Shown here: one piece after another, positions 61,303 through 64,000 of the stretch
How the letters are laid out: every line of letters begins with the position of its first letter
Numbering within the stretch: the stretch's first letter is position 1
Assembly: GCA_944328445.1 (NCBI GenBank)
Contig: CALVHO010000040.1
Location: forward strand, 8,018-72,017
Direction: 5' to 3'
DNA: 64,000 nucleotides
Source of the DNA: an uncultured Clostridia bacterium
Lineage (GTDB): Bacteria; Bacillota; Clostridia; Christensenellales; Borkfalkiaceae
Made by a program: the position numbers and the translations under genes
Notes under the pieces: generated by a model
What the model was told of the DNA's origin: nothing
The model's input: only the letters and a program-made list of their open reading frames with translations
The model's database searches: none

Positions 61303-62193
61303 TTAATCGTTGCGCTCCTGCTGCGTCTTCCACAGCACGGCGACGGCGCCCGGCCCCACGTGCGCGCCGATGACGGGCCCGAGGATGGAGATCTCGGGCT
61401 TGAAGCCCCAGCGGTTTTCGATGGCGGCGGCGAGCTCGGCCGCATCCTTTTCGGAATCGGAATGGACGACGTGGATGACCCTGCCCTCCTCGACGGGGCG
61501 CAGGCGCTCCATCTTTTCGAGGGCGTAGGCGATGACGCGCTTCATGCCGCGGACCTTGTCGACGACGGCGAGCTTGCCGTCGCGCGTGAAGGTGATCACG
61601 GGTTTGACGCCCAGCGCCGTGCCCACGATGGCCGAGGCCGCCGATACCCTTCCTCCGCGCTGCAAATAGAACAAATCGTTGGCGGCGATCACGTACTGGA
61701 AGTGCAGCGGCAGCGCCGTGACGGCGTCGTAGGCCTCGGAAAGGGTCTTGCCCGCGTCGCGCAGGCGCACCGCTTCATAGACCAGTTCCCCCTGCCCGAT
61801 GGTGGCCGCCAGCGAATCGACGGCTTTGAGGTTGAAGGCGGGGAACTCCTTTTTCACGTCCTCCGCCGCCTGGCGCGCCACGTTGATGGTGGAGGCCAGG
61901 CCGCTGGAAATGGTGAAGTGCAGCACGTCCTTCGCGCCCTCTTCGGCCATCTTGCGGAAATGGCGGTAGTGGCTCTCGTAATTGAGCATGGAGGTGCGCG
62001 CCGTCGCCTTGGCGCGCAGCTGCGCAAAGAAGCCGACGTACTGCGAATACTCGGTAAAATCGTCCGTGTACTCGGTCATGACGCCGCCCTTTTCGATGGT
62101 GAAGGTCAAGGGGGCGAGGCGAACGTCGTGTTCACGCACGTAATCCGCGTACAGGTCGGCGGTGGAATCGGTAGAGACGATGAAATTTGCCAT
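61303..62193 (-). CDS. DegV-family fatty-acid-binding protein (paralog)
   Basis: DSTADL, TISSGLAS, YLQRGGRVS, IGAHVGPG. Confidence 0.9.
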   Translation of the reverse strand: MANFIVSTDSTADLYADYVREHDVRLAPLTFTIEKGGVMTEYTDDFTEYSQYVGFFAQLRAKATARTSMLNYESHYRHFRKMAEEGAKDVLHFTISSGLASTINVARQAAEDVKKEFPAFNLKAVDSLAATIGQGELVYEAVRLRDAGKTLSEAYDAVTALPLHFQYVIAANDLFYLQRGGRVSAASAIVGTALGVKPVITFTRDGKLAVVDKVRGMKRVIAYALEKMERLRPVEEGRVIHVVHSDSEKDAAELAAAIENRWGFKPEISILGPVIGAHVGPGAVAVLWKTQQERND

Positions 62194-62421
62194 AATAACC
62201 TCGTTTTTCTGCGGCGGGCCCGCGGGGGCGCGGGCCGTGTCCTTAGCATGATTATATCACAAAACGGGCGCGGGCGCAACCAAATGCGCCCGAATGCGCC
62301 GCGGCGCCGATTTTTGGCGGAAAACGTCGGAAAAACGCGGAAAACCGCGCGGCGGCGGCCGCATTTTGCACGCGGCGCCGTGAAGAATTTCCGTTTTGTG
62401 CACGTTTTTTTCAAAAAGGAC

Positions 62422-62450
62422 TTGAAAAGCGGCCGCGGATGAAGTATAAT
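62422..62450 (+). promoter_or_regulatory. Sigma-A promoter of the phosphohexomutase gene
   Basis: TTGAAA-17-TATAAT; GGAGG RBS before ATG 62484. Confidence 0.6.
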
Positions 62451-62483
62451 GGATAAGTAAGAGAACTGCCACGGGAGGAAAGA

Positions 62484-64000
62484 ATGGAGCAAAAAGACTG
62501 GATGGATCTCAAAAGCGGGACGGACGTGCGCGGCACGGCGCTCGAAGGCGTCGAGGGCGAGCACGTGGACCTGACCGACGAGGCCGTGCGCGGCATCGCC
62601 GGGGCGTTCTGCTTTTGGCTGAGCAAAAAGCTCGGCAAGGGCGCGCTCACCGTCGCCATCGGGCACGATTCGCGCCTGTCGGCAAAGCGCATCGAAAAGG
62701 CCGCGGCGGAGGCCGTTGCCGCGAGCGGCGGCACCGCCCTCCTGACGGGGCTGTCCTCCACGCCCTCGATGTTCATGCTCTTGCAGGAAAAGGACATCGG
62801 CGCGGACGCCTCGATCATGATCACGGCGAGCCACCTGCCCTACAACAAGAACGGGCTGAAATTCTTCACCAAAGAGGGCGGGCTGGAAGGCAAGGACATC
62901 GCAGAGATCTTGACGCTGGCCGCCGAGGGCAAGGCGCTTGCGGGCAAGGGCTGCGTAAAGGAGAAGTCCTACATCGGCCGTTACTGCGAGGGGCTCGTCG
63001 CCTTCGTGCGGGAAAAGACGGGCCGCAAGCGCCCCCTCGAAGGCAAAAAGATCGTCGTCGACGCGGGCAACGGCGCGGGCGGCTTTTACGTGGACAAGGT
63101 GCTCGTGCCCCTGGGCGCGGACACCGCGGGCAGCCAGTTCCTCGACCCCGACGGCAGGTTCCCCAACCACATCCCCAACCCCGAGGACAAGGGCGCCATG
63201 CGCTCGGTGTGCGAGGCGGTCAAGCGGGCGAAGGCGGACTTCGGCATCATCTTCGACACCGACGTGGACCGCGCGGGCGCGGTGGACAAGAGCGGCGAGG
63301 AGATCAACCGCAACCGCCTGATCGCGCTCATCTCGGCCATCCTGCTCGAAGAGGAGCCCGGGGCGACCATCGTGACCGACTCGGTCACTTCGGACGGGCT
63401 GGCTCAGTTCATCGCCGCGCGCGGCGGCAGGCACTGCCGCTACAAGCGCGGGTACCGCAACGTCATCGACAAGGCCAAAGAGCTCAACGCGCAGGGGATC
63501 TCCTCCCCCCTGGCCATCGAGACGAGCGGGCACGCCGCCCTGCGGGAAAATTATTTCCTCGACGACGGCGCCTACCTGGTGACGCGGCTGCTCATCTCCC
63601 TGGCCAAGCTCGCCGAAGAGGGCAAGGACATCGCCTCGCTCATCGAGGGGCTGCCCGAACCCGCGGAAGCGGCCGAGGTGCGCCTCGGATTCACCGAAGA
63701 GGGCAAAAAGGACTTCAAGGCCTTCGGCAAGGCGGCCATCGAAGGGGTGCAGCGGGCCGTGGCGGGGATGCAGGGCGCATCCCTCGCGCCCGACAACTTC
63801 GAGGGCGTGCGCATCAACTTCGCCAAGGAGCGCGGGGACGGCTGGGCGCTCATCCGCATGAGCCTGCACGAACCCATCGTGCCCGTCAATTTTGAAAGCA
63901 ACGCCGCGGGCGGCTGCAAGGCCATCGCCGAGAGCCTTTTGGAACTGCTCGCCCCCTATGCGGCGCACATCGACCTCACCAAACTGCGCAAATATGCGGG
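62484..64000 (+). CDS. Phosphoglucomutase/phosphomannomutase family, runs off the window
   Basis: Manual translation MEQKDWMDLKSGTDVRG...ITASHLP...IFDTDVDR...AIETSGH; absent from the track because there is no stop in the window. Confidence 0.9.
   Translation, partial: MEQKDWMDLKSGTDVRGTALEGVEGEHVDLTDEAVRGIAGAFCFWLSKKLGKGALTVAIGHDSRLSAKRIEKAAAEAVAASGGTALLTGLSSTPSMFMLLQEKDIGADASIMITASHLPYNKNGLKFFTKEGGLEGKDIAEILTLAAEGKALAGKGCVKEKSYIGRYCEGLVAFVREKTGRKRPLEGKKIVVDAGNGAGGFYVDKVLVPLGADTAGSQFLDPDGRFPNHIPNPEDKGAMRSVCEAVKRAKADFGIIFDTDVDRAGAVDKSGEEINRNRLIALISAILLEEEPGATIVTDSVTSDGLAQFIAARGGRHCRYKRGYRNVIDKAKELNAQGISSPLAIETSGHAALRENYFLDDGAYLVTRLLISLAKLAEEGKDIASLIEGLPEPAEAAEVRLGFTEEGKKDFKAFGKAAIEGVQRAVAGMQGASLAPDNFEGVRINFAKERGDGWALIRMSLHEPIVPVNFESNAAGGCKAIAESLLELLAPYAAHIDLTKLRKYA

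Overview
Two-part window from a Clostridia-like Firmicute (sporulation sigK, mcsA-mcsB-clpC, DegV genes). Bases 1 to ~22,274 are the right part of an AT-richer integrative mobilisable element (IME); its left end lies outside the window. It carries a co-directional defence operon (Schlafen/AlbA_2 ATPase regulator, BcgI-like two-subunit R-M, Gabija-like OLD nuclease + UvrD helicase, macrodomain-HTH, ArsC-like protein, DUF262), tnpV, ParM/ParR-like and ParB partition genes, a putative oriT, mobC, a MOBP relaxase and a large serine recombinase. The standout is a 1008-aa two-barrel RNA polymerase of the eukaryotic RdRP / phage YonO type (GGADFDGD catalytic loop). It forms a self-contained two-gene unit (consensus sigma-A promoter, ATGA-coupled unknown partner, terminator) in an element where I see no replication initiator. 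mobC, relaxase and parB each carry a disabling lesion, while the polymerase, recombinase and defence genes have open frames. From ~22.3 kb the DNA is GC-rich housekeeping chromosome (metA/metY, smpB, rnr, secG, gpmI, tpiA, pgk, trmL, valS, ABC transporter, FeFe-hydrogenase, malQ, hpf, clpC operon, sigK, proS, DegV x2, phosphohexomutase). Its intergenic spaces hold a modular repeat system: TGTAGA(A/G) heptamer arrays, REP-like palindromes, and a ~220-nt five-hairpin element whose four copies differ in stem sequence yet keep the pairing (strong covariation). All family calls come from motif recognition; no database searches were run.
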